64,000 nucleotides of DNA from contig JBNZDD010013656.1 of the NCBI GenBank assembly GCA_050575255.1, positions 2,043,485-2,107,484 on the forward strand, read 5' to 3'. Below are positions 23,631-37,606 of this stretch, piece after piece (position 1 is the stretch's first letter; the number at the start of each line of letters is the position of its first letter). Under the pieces are notes generated by a model. That model saw nothing but the letters and a program-made list of their open reading frames with translations, had not been told where the DNA came from and ran no database searches. The position numbers and the translations under genes were made by a program. This DNA comes from Harriotta raleighana (lineage: Eukaryota).

Positions 23631-26600
23631 TGTTGTGGGGTAATTTGGCGAAAGCAGAAGTTATCCCGCTCAGGCTGACATTTCTTGTGCAAACACGCTG
23701 AATATGATTACAGATACCTCCGCAGCAGGACAAGGGCATCGGCCAATCACAGAGCAGAGCCGGCCGCAAGCCCCACCCCCCACCGGGGCAGCTACGTCAT
23801 TAGAACTGCAAAAAGGTCACCGTATGTGTATTGGGTAAACTGCACAGACTCCTAAATGCATATCTTTATTCCCTCATTCTAGTTTATTAACATCACGTCG
23901 ACTCAATAAAAAAAATTAAACGTAAGTCTCAAATGTTGTGCCATAAAAAAGCCACGAGAATTAGGAGTGGGTAAAATTGCATTATGTTTCGTTATTGCGT
24001 TCTGACAATAATTTTAGTATTTTAAATNACAGGTATATTCTATGAAGTGCTTTGAGATGACACTCCCCTCACTCCTCTCCCCCCCTCTTCCTCCCCACCA
24101 CCACCACCACCTCCCAGCACTTACCCCCCCCCACCACCACCACCACCACCACACACACATACTCACACCTCTGCAGCTGACAAAATATCTGTTTGAGTAC
24201 TGTTATAATGTCCATTTTTAATCCTTATGCTTCAAGTGAAAGGTACGTTGGGTTTACGAGACTCAGTATAAACCGAGTAAACATGAGTAATCTTGACCAT
24301 CACATTGCGGTCACTCGAATGTAACTGGAATTTTAAATTGATAATTACAGCTATGAGCAGCAGCAGTCCTGGTTTTACTTAAATAAAACAATATTATTAT
24401 TATTCTGCCACGCGTGCTGTAAAACGCTTCCAAACATGTAGGCGTTAGTGTGCATTTCTAGTTTAATGTTTGTCGTGTCGAGTTTAGTAGGTTAATGAAA
24501 TGGACTATAGCTCTGCGGGTTAAGTGTAGAAGGTCAGCGATAACAAACTAATAAAGCGGCACCACGGTTTTCTGTGTATTTACACAGCGCAGTGCAGAAA
24601 AGCTGAGACCCTGGAATGACTTCTTTTTTAAAATGCAACACTTACCATTTCAAGCTTTGGGAAGAATTTGCTTCAAAATATTTAACTGTATGTTTTCAGC
24701 AGTTTCAGCTGCGGCGGACAACATTTGCCACATCTATAACGTTGATCTCAGGATTTTGTCTTTAAAATAAAACAAAACAAGACTGTTAAATTGAATTTAC
24801 AAGCATTTTACTCGTAGAACGGCCAAATATAAAACAAGCAAACCCAGCTTACAAGACTCGGAAGAGAAACTGAACAGTCATTTCTTGTTCTAAGCCGCCA
24901 AACTTTTAGTAACTTCAAAGGGTAATATAGAGTTTGATCGTGAACTCCAGTTTAATATAAACTTTCCCTTGGCAAGGCGGTCACATTAAAATAAAATCAC
25001 AGATTAAAACAACACATTATCCATCATTGCTGTGCCTGTAGAATATTTTTCGACAGTAAAGACGTTTTCGTCCATCAAATCAAAGCCCCATTTCTAAACG
25101 AAGGTAACCTACAGAGTTTAGTAGTTGTGTGGTATTTACCTTCGAAGTGTTAACTTCGTGGCATATCAGAATAATGTGCTACAGTATAATACAGCTCCAA
25201 AAAACATAAGGGAGGCCGTTCTGTGTAACTAACATTCTGCATATTTTGTTCGCTACCTTTGCAATCAAGTACAGCCGGGACTGACGCCTGAAAGCAAGCT
25301 CGGGTCGGGAGTAAACAGTGTGATTTCACAGTGACAAAGGATTTAACCTTCAGTCTGGGCAATAGCTGTGCTTTAGCAGTCTATTTGAGCACAAGCATAC
25401 TTCCTCTCTCTCCCACCCCCACTCCCCCCCCCCCACCCCCCCACCCCCACCCACACCCTACCACCGCCATAGTTTTTTTTGTTTTTACTTTGGGCGCTGG
25501 TCAAAAGCTCTGAAAATGTTGTTAACATTGAGTGTTAATCTAAAACAGGTTAGTTAAAATATAGTCCGTGTAAAAGTCAGCGGGATAGAAAGGCCAGCTC
25601 CCATGCATTGTGTTTTCTAAGGGCCGTCTCAAAGGATTCGTTATTCTGGCTTGTTTAGTAACATAAATGACTGTTTAAAATTATCACAGGCGTCCAGAAA
25701 TGTGGGCTTTCCTAAGTTAACCTGAAAATGTTTCTTTTGCAGTCCCACTGTGCCTATGACACATATGATCATGGGAGTAGACAGAGATTTAATGGGAAAA
25801 ACTAAATGCAATATATAGTCGACTCTCATATATAAATGCTCAAGCTACTGTACACAAATGATAACCAGCAGTGTGTTAATGTGTTGGAGACAGGATATTT
25901 ATCTGATTTTATTCTGGTAGAAATTTGACTGCTTAATAAATTTATGCCATATTTGGATAATTTTATGGGTATATTTTGGGAAAGGCTTGCAGGTTTATCA
26001 CTCGGATTCCCAGTAAAACTCTAATGTGGATAGTGGATTGGTCTTTCAGTTTCCAAGGACACTGGGAATCTCATTTTGAGCTTTTATAGGCAGGAATGAG
26101 CCCTTGGAGGCCGGCCTCGTGGCTGCTGTGTACATTCCCAAAACACGCTGGGAGAAAAATCTCCAAGAGTGCTTCATGTCTTGCAAAAAAAAATATGCTT
26201 TCCCTTTCCAGTTTGCAACACCCTTGGTTGTTACATCCGACATTGTGAACAATCAATAAACACGTTTAATTCCGCCGAGTAGGAGGAGGGTACAAATCAA
26301 ATGGGCTATATTTTGCTGCAACAGGAGAAAAGGTGCAAGGAACAGCTTCAGAATATAACACACAGCATTACACTGCTCTTTGACGTTGAGAGACTAACGA
26401 AGAGATTTTTTTTTCCACCAAGCTGTATTGATCGCGCGTATCTTGCAAGTTTTCTCTATTTCTCTTCCTTCCCGGCGCCAATAAATGGGCTAACATCCTA
26501 ACACATTACTCCAAACGAGGTAAAGTGTGTGTGTTGTCTATATTTCAGTGACTGCAGCCGAAGCTTGAAAGGCATCGCGGCCAGACTCTCTGGTTAAAAG

Positions 26601-29600
26601 CTGATACCAAAGCGTGAGCTGAGCAGACTGGCTGCTCCCACAGCCCGCACTCGTTCTTAGCCTAGATCGTGAACTTAAGACTGAAAGCAGACATCACAAG
26701 CCTTTCACTCTTTGCTAAAGTCAGATTTTAGGACAATGCCTGTGAATTCACCCGAGGCCGCGGTATAGTTATATTATGTCTAACTGATCACCTCCAACTT
26801 GCAATAGCATGTACTGTACGGTACAGCACTTTGTGAAGCACTAAAGTAGGCTCTCCGTTCAAGTGTATGAACCATTGTATGTGTGCAGTGATTTCTTTTC
26901 ATACTCCCAACTAGAGTAAATGTTTGGGAATCGTGGAGGCTGCTATCAGTCACTTTATTAAAAAAATATCTATCTATCTAAGTTGAAAGTTTAGTTTTGA
27001 AAAATAGATCATTATTCTTTTGCCCAAGAGATAAATCCGAGAACAATGATGTATTGTCTCTGTCTTTAAGTTAATCCTGTTTTATTTTTGAAAATTGAGG
27101 TTCCAGGACAGTTTGTAATATCAATGTGTATTTGAAAGTTTATTTTAATTCGTCTTTAAATAAAACTTTTTTCCGGACCAATATGGGTCGAAGACTAACA
27201 TCCGTTGGGCATTAAAATGCAACCTTCCCGTCTTTAGATTTTAATGCTAAAGCTGTAACACCGTTGTTGGGAAACAGAAACGTTTACAGAAACATTATTC
27301 TGGGGAAAAAAATGTCTGAAATCACCTTTGTATAGATACCCCCAAAACAATGCATATCATTATCAGTGTCAAATAATTCGGAGAAAAACCTCATGTTGAT
27401 TTGTTTATTTTATTCACTAAAGACTTGTTTTTTCCAATAATTTCTAGTGTCTAAGAGTCTTACTCATTTATTGCGATATCCATTTGTCCTATTTCTTAAC
27501 AGGAGATGATAAAATAACCTGTTGTATGTTCAGGAATAAATGAAGGACTTTGATCAGGAATAAATGAAGTGATTAATTTTTCCGATGTAAATTAACCGGA
27601 GATCCCAGATGTAAAAGAAAAGATAGAAAACGAAATAATCCTTGTATTGCTGTGCAAATAATCTTTGTAAAATATGGAGAAAAAATTTAAGAAAGTTAAT
27701 GGAATGCTGTTATGAACGTATAATACATATCAACCATATCAGTTGCATAGTACATACCAACCAGTTTATGTACATGTAAACTAGTTGATATATTTTATTC
27801 AGTTCTATTTCATATTAAATGCACTCACTTAGTATCTAGATGTATTGCGTACAGTATCTAAAATACAGTCTATTTTGACTGTCTATGCTTTAAATAGAAG
27901 CTGACGCTTTCCATAAGAGCTCAAAATCATCATTTTGCTTATTTATTTCAGTCATTTCATCGAAATTAAACAGAGACTGCAACCTCTCAAGTCTTATCAA
28001 TTAAAGTAACAGGTAGGAAATAACTAATATTGCAGCACTGAAGGAAGGTATAAATATGAGCGCCTTTGGTTTTATTAAAACATATCTATATTGTTATGGT
28101 AACATATTTTCTGGCCAAGGTGCATAAACAAACCCGTAACCGAGGATACCTTTCAAAAGAGAAGTTGCAAAGATTCAAATGCATCAGAATTAATGTTGTG
28201 GGACAGTATCTCAATGGAGTGTTACACACAGCACTTTACAGTGTACTGTGCGGTGATACCGCTTTCACAGTTAAGTTGATTATGATACCAGTGTTCACTT
28301 TAAAGACAAGTTTCGACGTAAAATGTTCACTAAAATGCACTCACACATCAATAATAATAATAACAATAAGAATAAATGGATGCAAAACACACGCACGGTG
28401 ATAGAAACGGACATTATCTATTACACTATTATTACTAAACAAACGCTATTGTTGGATTTTATTTAGACATGTTTCGCTTATTTAATACCCTGTACTCGTT
28501 TGGGTAATTTACAACGGAAGGCACGGATTCTGATTTTATTTAGTATGCTTTTAAATAAATGTCTGCACTGTTCTATACCGCTGACAGATTTGCTTACTGG
28601 CTTTATTCCAAAAAAGGCGGCAATTCAATTGCTTAGGCCATGGTGAAGGTGACACAGCGGGGGTCAGGCACGATTCAAAAAGCATGTCCATGTTACTCAC
28701 CGCGTTGAAAACCAAGTCTTGGTGTAAAATATACAATTAAAACAAATTTCTCGCTTAGTCTCCTGCATAGAACAGCCCCGACGTGAACGCGAGCATTCAA
28801 TAGTTTGATTCTTCCATACAAAGGAGTAGTGTGTGTGTTAATGCTCAATTTAAAGTCGTTTAATAACTGATCAAAATGCCAAGCCTCCACTACCGCAGAA
28901 ATAAAATACAGTGCAACGGACTGCAGAATAGGTGTGCAAAGGCCATTTCTGTGTGGCGCACTGTTTCAGCTCTTAATAACAAAATAAAGTTTCCCCAGAT
29001 GCAGTCTCTCGTTCAACGTGCCACACATCCGCTTGAAACAAACAACCCACAGTGACCTTGTGTTATAATATCGTGTGCTTTTACTGCTTGAAACAAAACT
29101 GCCTTTCAGCATAATATTCCTTAACATAATGATTATCTTGTTCGCCAAATCGGAGTCAAGCGATCAGAGTTTGCATACAGAGCAATATGCGTTACCAGTC
29201 ACAGCTGAAATGTATGTATATTCGTTAGTGGAAAAAGCCAACTGGTTGTGTAGAACAAATGGTTGTTGCTCTGTGTTTGTCTGAAACAGTGAAAGAATAA
29301 ATTAGCCCACCTTAAACAAAAAGCATTCAGCGTTCAACCCAAATTTTGAATGTCTAGACTGTCCTATTTTCTTAACAGTTTCAATAAAAGCACCCACAGC
29401 AGTAGGTCGGTTCTGGTGTTTGTTCTTTAGCTTCCCTCACTGTTTCTTACTGATCCTTACTATCTGGTAATGCTCCTTACTGTTCTTAGGTGCTAGGCGT
29501 CCTTACGTGGAAAATCCTCACCATTTCTCCCGGAATTTTTAGAGCGCACTTATCTGTTACCTGGCGAGCTCAATTCTTTAATCAATCGTTCAAGTTCCTA

Positions 29601-29963
29601 CGGGCTTTTCAGGGCATGCATTTTGAGTCAGTCTAAAACATAAGAAGATTCCTTGGAAGCTAAAACTTGTGCACTTAGAAAGATAAAAATTGCTACCTTA
29701 CTTTATCCCAGTGAATGGAGAGGTATGATTCATTGGTTGCATTCTATTTTGCGTTATATTGATAGTTTGAAGGATTTGCTTTAAGTGAACCGTGAATTCA
29801 CTTACAATCGACCCACCCCACTCCACCCCCCCACCAGCCCCACCACCCCCACTCCCTCTCCCCCCATCTCTCTCACTCACAGACACACATACAGACAGAC
29901 AGACACATACACACAGAATGAATGAATCATTGGTATAACACTGGAGTGCAAGCATTACTTCCA

Positions 29964-29979
29964 GACCCAGAGGGCGCTG
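29964..29979 (+). promoter_or_regulatory. CTCF-like motif between HoxA10 and HoxA11
   Basis: GACCCAGAGGGCGCTG. Confidence 0.5.
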
Positions 29980-32162
29980 TGGTCTGAAGTTACATCAGCC
30001 ACTGACTTGTGCATTAAATATTGAAGTTTTACTGATTCCAGATAAGAACACGCCATGACATGCGCGGATCACTAATAACACTCTATTAAACTAATAATCG
30101 CACAATAAAGTTGTGAGACGCAATCTTTTCTTGAGCCATTGTAAAAGCAGGCTGAGAAAAAAGTGCCTTTGTAAGGATCATAATTCAGTAGGAATACAAC
30201 TAACTTTATCAAACGCAATTATTGAATTAATACTGGTCATTAATTAATATATAATACTTGCTGTGCTTGATTAGCGACTCATTTACTAAATAGATAGACA
30301 TGGAGGATTATATATACACACATACTATACAAACACACGTACGGCTATCAACAGGCACAACAGTTTTGCGTAAATGAAAAATAAATTCTCTATGAATTAC
30401 AGTCCAATTCTTGCAGATGGTATGTTGGAGCAGTGCTCAGTCCAGCTCCGCTTGTGAAGTTAAATTTTATTGCAAATTATAATGTCAAGTGACGTTTGGC
30501 ACAAAATAAATGCATTCCGGTAAAAGTTTTGAATGAACGACTATCCAGCTCAGTTGTAATGCAATTCGTAATAATATAAAATAATTATTTGATTATTTTA
30601 GTTCACTCATTAAACTCGGAATTGAAATTACGTTTTGTTTGATGGAAATATACGCTGAACTAATTTGTTTACAGCTGCTTGATGATTCATTCTATTGTGA
30701 TTTGTTGTGTTTCTTAAACAGTGGTCTTCATCAAGATTTTTTTAAATAAAAACTGTTTGTCACACGTAGGAAACATGAACAGTCCTGAGTGTACAAACCG
30801 TCATCAATATTTGCTCTAATAACATATTGCAATGGAAAATAGAAATAACTTGATAATAACACCAATCGAAATTAGAAAAAAAACGAAAAAGCACAGTGCA
30901 TAGCCGCCTACTGAAATAAAATGCACAGTATACAATTATACCAAACTACCATGTTACACAACCTTTCGCAGTCACTTATTCCGAAACAAAATGGTCAGAT
31001 ATTTGAAGCAAGGCTATGTAAATGACAAATAATCAACAAAATGGACAAGATATCAATCAAACTACCCTCGGTTTATGTTTTAACACTATACGCAAAAGTT
31101 CTTGCAAAAATTCTAAGAAAATACAACCTCCAATGATAAGTTAATTTCAAAAAAGGAAGAGAAAGAGCAATCTGTCCTTTGTGGTTACACAGATATAGCC
31201 AAAAGACAAAAAAAGACAGACTGTTTCACGAGTTGAAGAAACGTGTTAAATATTAGGTTGGGCAAGCTTAGCTCTGTAGTGGATTGTACAGTAAATTTAT
31301 TTTAAGGTTTGTAAAAAAATATCTATTCATTTTAACAACTAGGAAGCTGAAAAAATTACCCAGTTACGGAAGCCAAACCACGTTTTCCATTGCTGGTGAA
31401 TTTGCAATAAGCCCATGTTTTTCTTAGTACTCTACCTATACACATGATACCACAGGAGAGAACACCCAACAACGGAAATCAACATTTTAAAAAAGAAAAG
31501 TAGAGTAGATAAAGAAGAACGATTTTTATGTGTCGAAATAAACTTTCTAACTAGCACACTAACCGAAGTTCATTTCAAAAATATTATCTGCTGAAAAGTG
31601 TTCATGCTTTAATTTCAATTGAACGTGAGATACATTTGAAAGCTGCCTTAGTTTGAAAGCTCGCTCAAGTCTGCTCGTGAGTTTGGAATAACATTGCTTT
31701 TCCCAGAGGTTGTCTGCGAATATAAAATTCAAATAACATTTCTCATGGGTTCGGGCATTAATTCTCTTGTGCAGTTCAATATCAAACTGATAATCCCCAT
31801 TGATAGAACTGCAGGAACAACAATAAATGACTGAAATATTTTTTAACTTGAGATATGGACTTGGGTTGAACATGCTTGGCCGTAACATGCTGGGTGGGTG
31901 TCTGATCACATACCTTGTTGTGCGTTTCAAACGACGGCTTTGGGGGGCTTTGCTAAGACGTTGCGACAGCTTTTAACTTAACTCTCCAAATTCCGAAGCA
32001 GCACGTGCATATTAAGAAACGAATAGACTTCTTTTGAGAGGGCTAAAACGGTCAAAAATTGTTTTTAACAAAAAGAGAGACGAAGACGAAGAAGAAAGAG
32101 AAAAAAAAAGTATTTTCCTCACGGTTTGTGTTGCTCCACAGCGGCTTTGACATTGATCTAAA

Positions 32163-32179
32163 TGGCGCCACCGTGTGGA
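32163..32179 (-). promoter_or_regulatory. CTCF-like motif between HoxA10 and HoxA11
   Basis: Minus strand TCCACACGGTGGCGCCA. Confidence 0.5.
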
Positions 32180-35100
32180 CTGTGGGCTGTGGACCTTCTG
32201 GAAAACAATCATGGTCACAGCTTCTTCACGGACACCGCAGGGAAACCGACAAGGGAGGCTGCAAAGAGGTACCTATAATGTGAGGACAGCTAACGTTTGG
32301 ATTCTTTGAAATCAATCCCAGCGTTTCAGCTCAAGATCCATTTGCGGTGGGCTTGTGAAGGCGAAGATGGCCATATTAAAACGGTCTTTATGACTTTTCC
32401 TGCTGTTAGTAACCACAGCAACGGCGACGATCCCTTGTCATTCGCTTGAGTTGCCTCAACCCCTTAATCTGGTACATGCCCGGTCTTAACTCCCTCTTCC
32501 CTAAAGCTAAAACGCGAAATGCAACTTTTAATTACAGCTTTCCCTGTCCATTATGGAAAGAAATTCGCACGCAGCGTTAAGCTTCCGTGGCAGAAGTTTT
32601 TAACCTGCCAGCAACTCTGCCAGTCTTCTTGATCAATATTTTATAATTCGCACTGGGCTCCTGTCACCTCCGGAGGGAGTGTAACCGGTGTATGGAAGCT
32701 TCAAACCTTGCTATTCCTTCACCCCCAAGGTTAGAGGTGACGTCCATGGCGCAACAGAAGTTCAAAGCCAGTAAACAGGCAGGAAAGCAGAAAGCAAACT
32801 GGTATTAAAATATATAATATTGAAAGCATGGCAACCAATGCCACAGCAAGATCCGAAAAATCCCACCCAACTTTTTGGAGCTGTGTTTGTCCAGTCAAAG
32901 GATGAAGACTCACAACATTGCACAACTAATAGTTGCAAGTACTTTCACTATCTAAACTGAGCTCAATTAAAAACAGTATTCTCTTCTTTCTACTGAAACA
33001 CAGTTTTGAATGGCATTGTTTTCAAAGGTGTCTTAACAAATACTTGTATTTATATTTGCCTCCTCTCTGATTCAAAGCCTTCAATCATTATAAAGTAACC
33101 CAGAAAGAAACGTGCTGATATATAGTATGTGCGGAATGTTATCCAGCTTTAATGATTGTTTATTACGTACATGAAACGCACAGGAGTACAGTACTTGCAG
33201 GTGGGTTCGGTTTGCGTTGAGGACCCGACAAAGTTCAAAAAAGCCTCCATAAAAACCACCTTTAATTACCTTTTCTATCTTGGATTTTACGTTTGCGCCA
33301 TCGGAACGAGTACATGCAATTGTTACACTTTTTCAGACTGATAAATATAAATTATATACAAATGTTAGGGAAATTTTGATACCACATTCAATTGAACAGC
33401 GTTTGATTAAGACTTGTTTTTTTTTGAAAAAAAAGAATTTCTTCCCTACTTTTAACACCAGTAGCGGAATGTAAAAAAAAAATCCACCTTCTATGGTCTT
33501 GCATTCATTTATATTCTCGGGAGTGAATTCAGTGTGCAGCAGATTGAATTGGAATTATCCAAGAACATGACATGTATACTATTCTATGCTGCAACACTGT
33601 CATCTGTCAATTCGATTACCACATAAAAGCATGTCATTCTTTTCTACAGATGGCCATGATACAGATCACAATGAAACATTTAAATTAAATAAGAATAGTA
33701 AACAAAACAGTTGTAAGGCTGGTATATGTGAACAGGTAACGTGTAGACAATATTTGTACATTACGGCCTATGGATATGTCGGCCTATAAAAGCTTATATG
33801 GTGAATGTACAGGAAATGTTGCCATTGTGCAAATAAGGAAATTAATTTCTGTCTTTGGTTCACACGGATAACGATGGCTATAAGAATTACTAGTACCGCA
33901 GATTTGTCACCTAAGAGTCCTCCGTGAAAACAATGGATGCATGAGCAGCATTTTTGAAACCCCTTCCTCATTGAAAACAGTCCATACACATTCATATTGT
34001 ACCCAAGAATGAGCGGTATATTTACATCATGTTGTGCTCAAATACGCTAACACCGGTACCATCTACTCTATCGGAAAACTTCAAAGTAAACTGCATTTGA
34101 AACATTTTGACGCACAATTGTGTCAAATTGGAATTAAGCACCGCGGACTGGATGGAGCAGCTTAAACATCCCATTTTCAAAAACGCTTCTGTATCAATTG
34201 TATTTAAAAGGCCGGCGTGATTACTGTTAAACCCCGTCACTTTGATCGCCCGCAAAGAATTAAATTACACTTCTTTTTCTTTGCGCCCTTGGGTGAATTT
34301 CACACCAAAAGTTATTTCCTTTAGAAGCCGCGTCTCTGTCTCAAATCTTCTGGTTGGATGTTCACACACATGCTTTTGTAAAACAAAATTGGGACGTTGT
34401 GGGGTCTACTGGATGTGGGTTATTGGGAAACATTTACAATTGCTATAGAGATGCATTGTACCTTGTAATCTATCTTTAATGATCTATATATACACAGGCA
34501 CATATCCGTATTCTAAGATGCGATGACCAGGCGTCAGATGCTGGGGACACATATCGCTCTGTACAGAAAATTCAGTTGCAAAAGAAGAACAACGTATCTG
34601 TTTGCCACTCTTTGCAACTGAAAATCAGAAATAATGTGTATGTCCAGTAAATTGGAATTGGCATTGAGATTCACGGAAAGCTTCCTAATCTAAAGCATGC
34701 GCACATTTTATTTTTCTCTGGAAGTAAAAAAAAATTATTGCAGCTGATCCACAACAGTCGACTTTCTCTTGTGTGACTCCGATGCTGAAATCCGAAGGCA
34801 TTTATAATCTCATTTTTTGTTCGAAACTTTCTCTCATTTTGACCTCGGGTTCGCTGAACTAACTCCAGGCGTTCACCTTGGTCTCCCGAGGTTAATCTTT
34901 TGTACAATGCACACGAACAGCACGATTGGAAACGTGATGCTGTGTCTGGGGTGTGCCTGTCTGGCGAATGTGAACTAAACTCGGGAGATTGATTCCAGTT
35001 ACAGTTTAAAGTTCGAGAAAATCTGCGAGGCGTCCGAGCCTGCTCAAAGTAGTCCATCCCGTCAAAGCCGAATTAAAGTGTCTTCTCCCAAACTCGAACT

Positions 35101-35207
35101 TGAGGGGATCTTTTGCCTCTGGTTTCTGCCGGAGATTTTTCACATGGGGTGGGGTGGGGGAGGGTGGGGGGGAAGTTAATAAGCAGTGCCTGAATCTCAG
35201 GGTAATT

Positions 35208-35440
35208 TCAGAGCAGTGGGTTTGTAGTGTAATACTGAAGGCGGTCCCTGTTTAGTTTCTTTTCCTTCATCCTCCTGTTCTGAAACCAAATTTTGACTTG
35301 GCGGTCGGTGAGGTTCAGCATCCGGGAAAGCTGAAGCCGCTTTTCTTTGTTGATGTAGACACTGAAGAAAAATTCTCTCTCCAATTCTCTGATCTGGTAT
35401 TTGGTGTAAGGACATCTCTTTTTCCGTGTACGTTGGCCAC
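35208..35440 (-). CDS. HOXA11: HoxA11 exon 2 (homeodomain)
   Basis: Acceptor TGCAG|GT, then [76 protein letters not shown]. 233 nt; joined CDS 280 aa. Confidence 0.97.
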
Positions 35441-36649
35441 CTGCACCAGGTAAACAGTGTGTGAAACCACTGATAAAAACCAAATGAATTAACTTTGTGT
35501 GCGTTTACATATTCCGCACTGTGAATCAATTCAATGTCTAACATTGGATTACATCCATTTTGATCACCATTTTCTTTCAGCATTGCCCTAGGCCATTAAA
35601 ATGCAAATACAGTTTGTTAAACATCTTGAGAGTTTGTGGAGCAAAGCCTACAATTGCAAAGTTTGGAGGACTGATCCAATTTGAAATCAAACTTGCATGT
35701 CTCCGTTTCCAGCCACATGCTTTAAAACTACAAGCGAGAGTGAGCACTAAAGATTCTCTGCCTATTTTAGGACAGAGGAACCGTGAAACACTGGAGTTCA
35801 ATTGGGATTTAAAAGACAAGGAAAAAAGTTTGGGATGAAATGACAACTATGCAGATGTACAGACTTTCATTTTGTCAACATGTTGTTGTGCCTGTGAAGG
35901 TTGGGAGGGAATGGAGGACTTCAGTTTTTATGGTTTAAATGCTAGGAACTACTTCTATCTTGACTTCAAGGCGAGGGAGGTGGGTGGGGGGGTTGGGGGG
36001 GTGCGCATTACAGTCACTCTGTAGTGTGAAACTCGACGTGGGGCAACCTTCAAATGCAATATGGAGCTTTCAGACTGCACCGCTCAAACATCCAGCTATA
36101 AAATGTGATTATTAAATAAAATATAGCTACTCGGTTCTGTTATAACTTTTTTATGATTACAAGGCTTCAATGCTGAAAGTATTACACTATTTATGTAGCT
36201 GTTAAAAATGTCATTTTGCCTTATTATGTTCCAAAGCGGTTACTTATGGAGCTGAATACAACCTATAAATAGAGTTTTTGTGTCAACACATGTGTTTTAT
36301 AGTATTGCTAGACTGTACTAGGGAGATCAGAAGCGGCCGAACCTAATCTTTTCATGAATTTACACCTAATAATTTCAGTAATGAGATTTTGAACCCCAAA
36401 CTCGATTTTTTGAGGTGCAGAGGGGAGCATTTTAACGCAGCGATTGGTTGGAGTTATTTCACGGCCAATTTCAGACCTGAACACGTGATCCTGTCATTTA
36501 TATATATATATAAAAAAAAAGTTTTGTTGGGAAATCTACAGGCCGTCCATAAACCCCCTTATATGCTTATAAAACAGCACATAAAATTTTTAACAGCAGC
36601 ACGCGAGATCGCAAACTTTCTCTCATAAGTGGGCTCTGAGACTACATAC

Positions 36650-37259
36650 TGGAATTGCTGGCTTTTTCCTCATTGTTGCCGGAAGAGGACTCGGGGCTGC
36701 TTCTCCCGGGACTCCTCTCCTTCTCCACCGACACCCTGGAAGTCTCCGAACTTGAAGTTGCTGCGGACGGCACTTTCTCCGGGCTCTTCTCCCCGCAATA
36801 CTCTGACGGCTGGTTTTCACTCGACCCATAGGCTGTCTCGAAAAATTGGTCGAACCCTTGTGGCAAGACCCCGTTCCTGCCCACGGGGTTGTAGAAGCTG
36901 GGAGGCGCGTTAGAGCCGGGATGGTAAACACTGGCGGTATTTTTCATTAGCATCTCGCCCATGCTGGCAGCAGGCAGACATTCCCTGTGCAAGAGCTCCT
37001 CTGTGGAATAGCAATGGGACAGATTGCCTCTGTGATGCCACTTATTGGAAGGGTCGATGGCATAGTCTCTGAAGGTAACTTCTCTCACAGGTTGGACTTG
37101 GGGGATGTTGGAGGAATACGCGTACGTCACGGGGCGAGAAGCCGGCGTTTGGGGTAAAAAAGTGGGAAGGCTGGAAAAATCCGGGCCCGAGACATAATAG
37201 GTGCAGCTGGGCAAGTACAGATTGGAGCCGCAAGGAACTCGCTCGTCAAAATCCATCAT
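36650..37259 (-). CDS. HOXA11: HoxA11 exon 1
   Basis: [32 protein letters not shown]...[12 protein letters not shown]...[18 protein letters not shown]. Donor A|GTATGT; 610 nt. Confidence 0.95.
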
Positions 37260-37529
37260 CGCTTTCTTGGGGTCCCCCAGCGCAGGAGAAGCTTGCATTC
37301 GCGGAGCTAAACATGGTCCTTAGATGCTGCTGCCTCTTTGAAGCTGATCCGCGGAGTAAAAATTTGGAAACGTAAGCTGACGTGGAAATGTATCTCCATA
37401 CATCGTGAGGACAGGCCGGTCATGTGACCAGCTGCCTGCCTGGAGAAAGTGACATGCATCACTTTGGATTCCCCCTCACACCCGGCGCAAAGCTCCTTCA
37501 CATCCCAGCTCTGCAAAAGTCCACAAGGG

Positions 37530-37566
37530 NNNNNNNNNNNNNNNNNNNNNNNNNNNNNNNNNNNNN
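37530..37566. other. Assembly gap next to a poly-G run upstream of HoxA11
   Basis: 37 Ns followed by about 39 Gs. Confidence 0.98.

Positions 37567-37606
<40 letters not shown>

Noticed and set aside
27751-27790. Near-palindrome CAACCAGTTTATGTACATGTAAACTAGTTG as a miRNA or MITE
   Set aside because: Too short for a pre-miRNA, no recognisable mature sequence and no target-site duplication.
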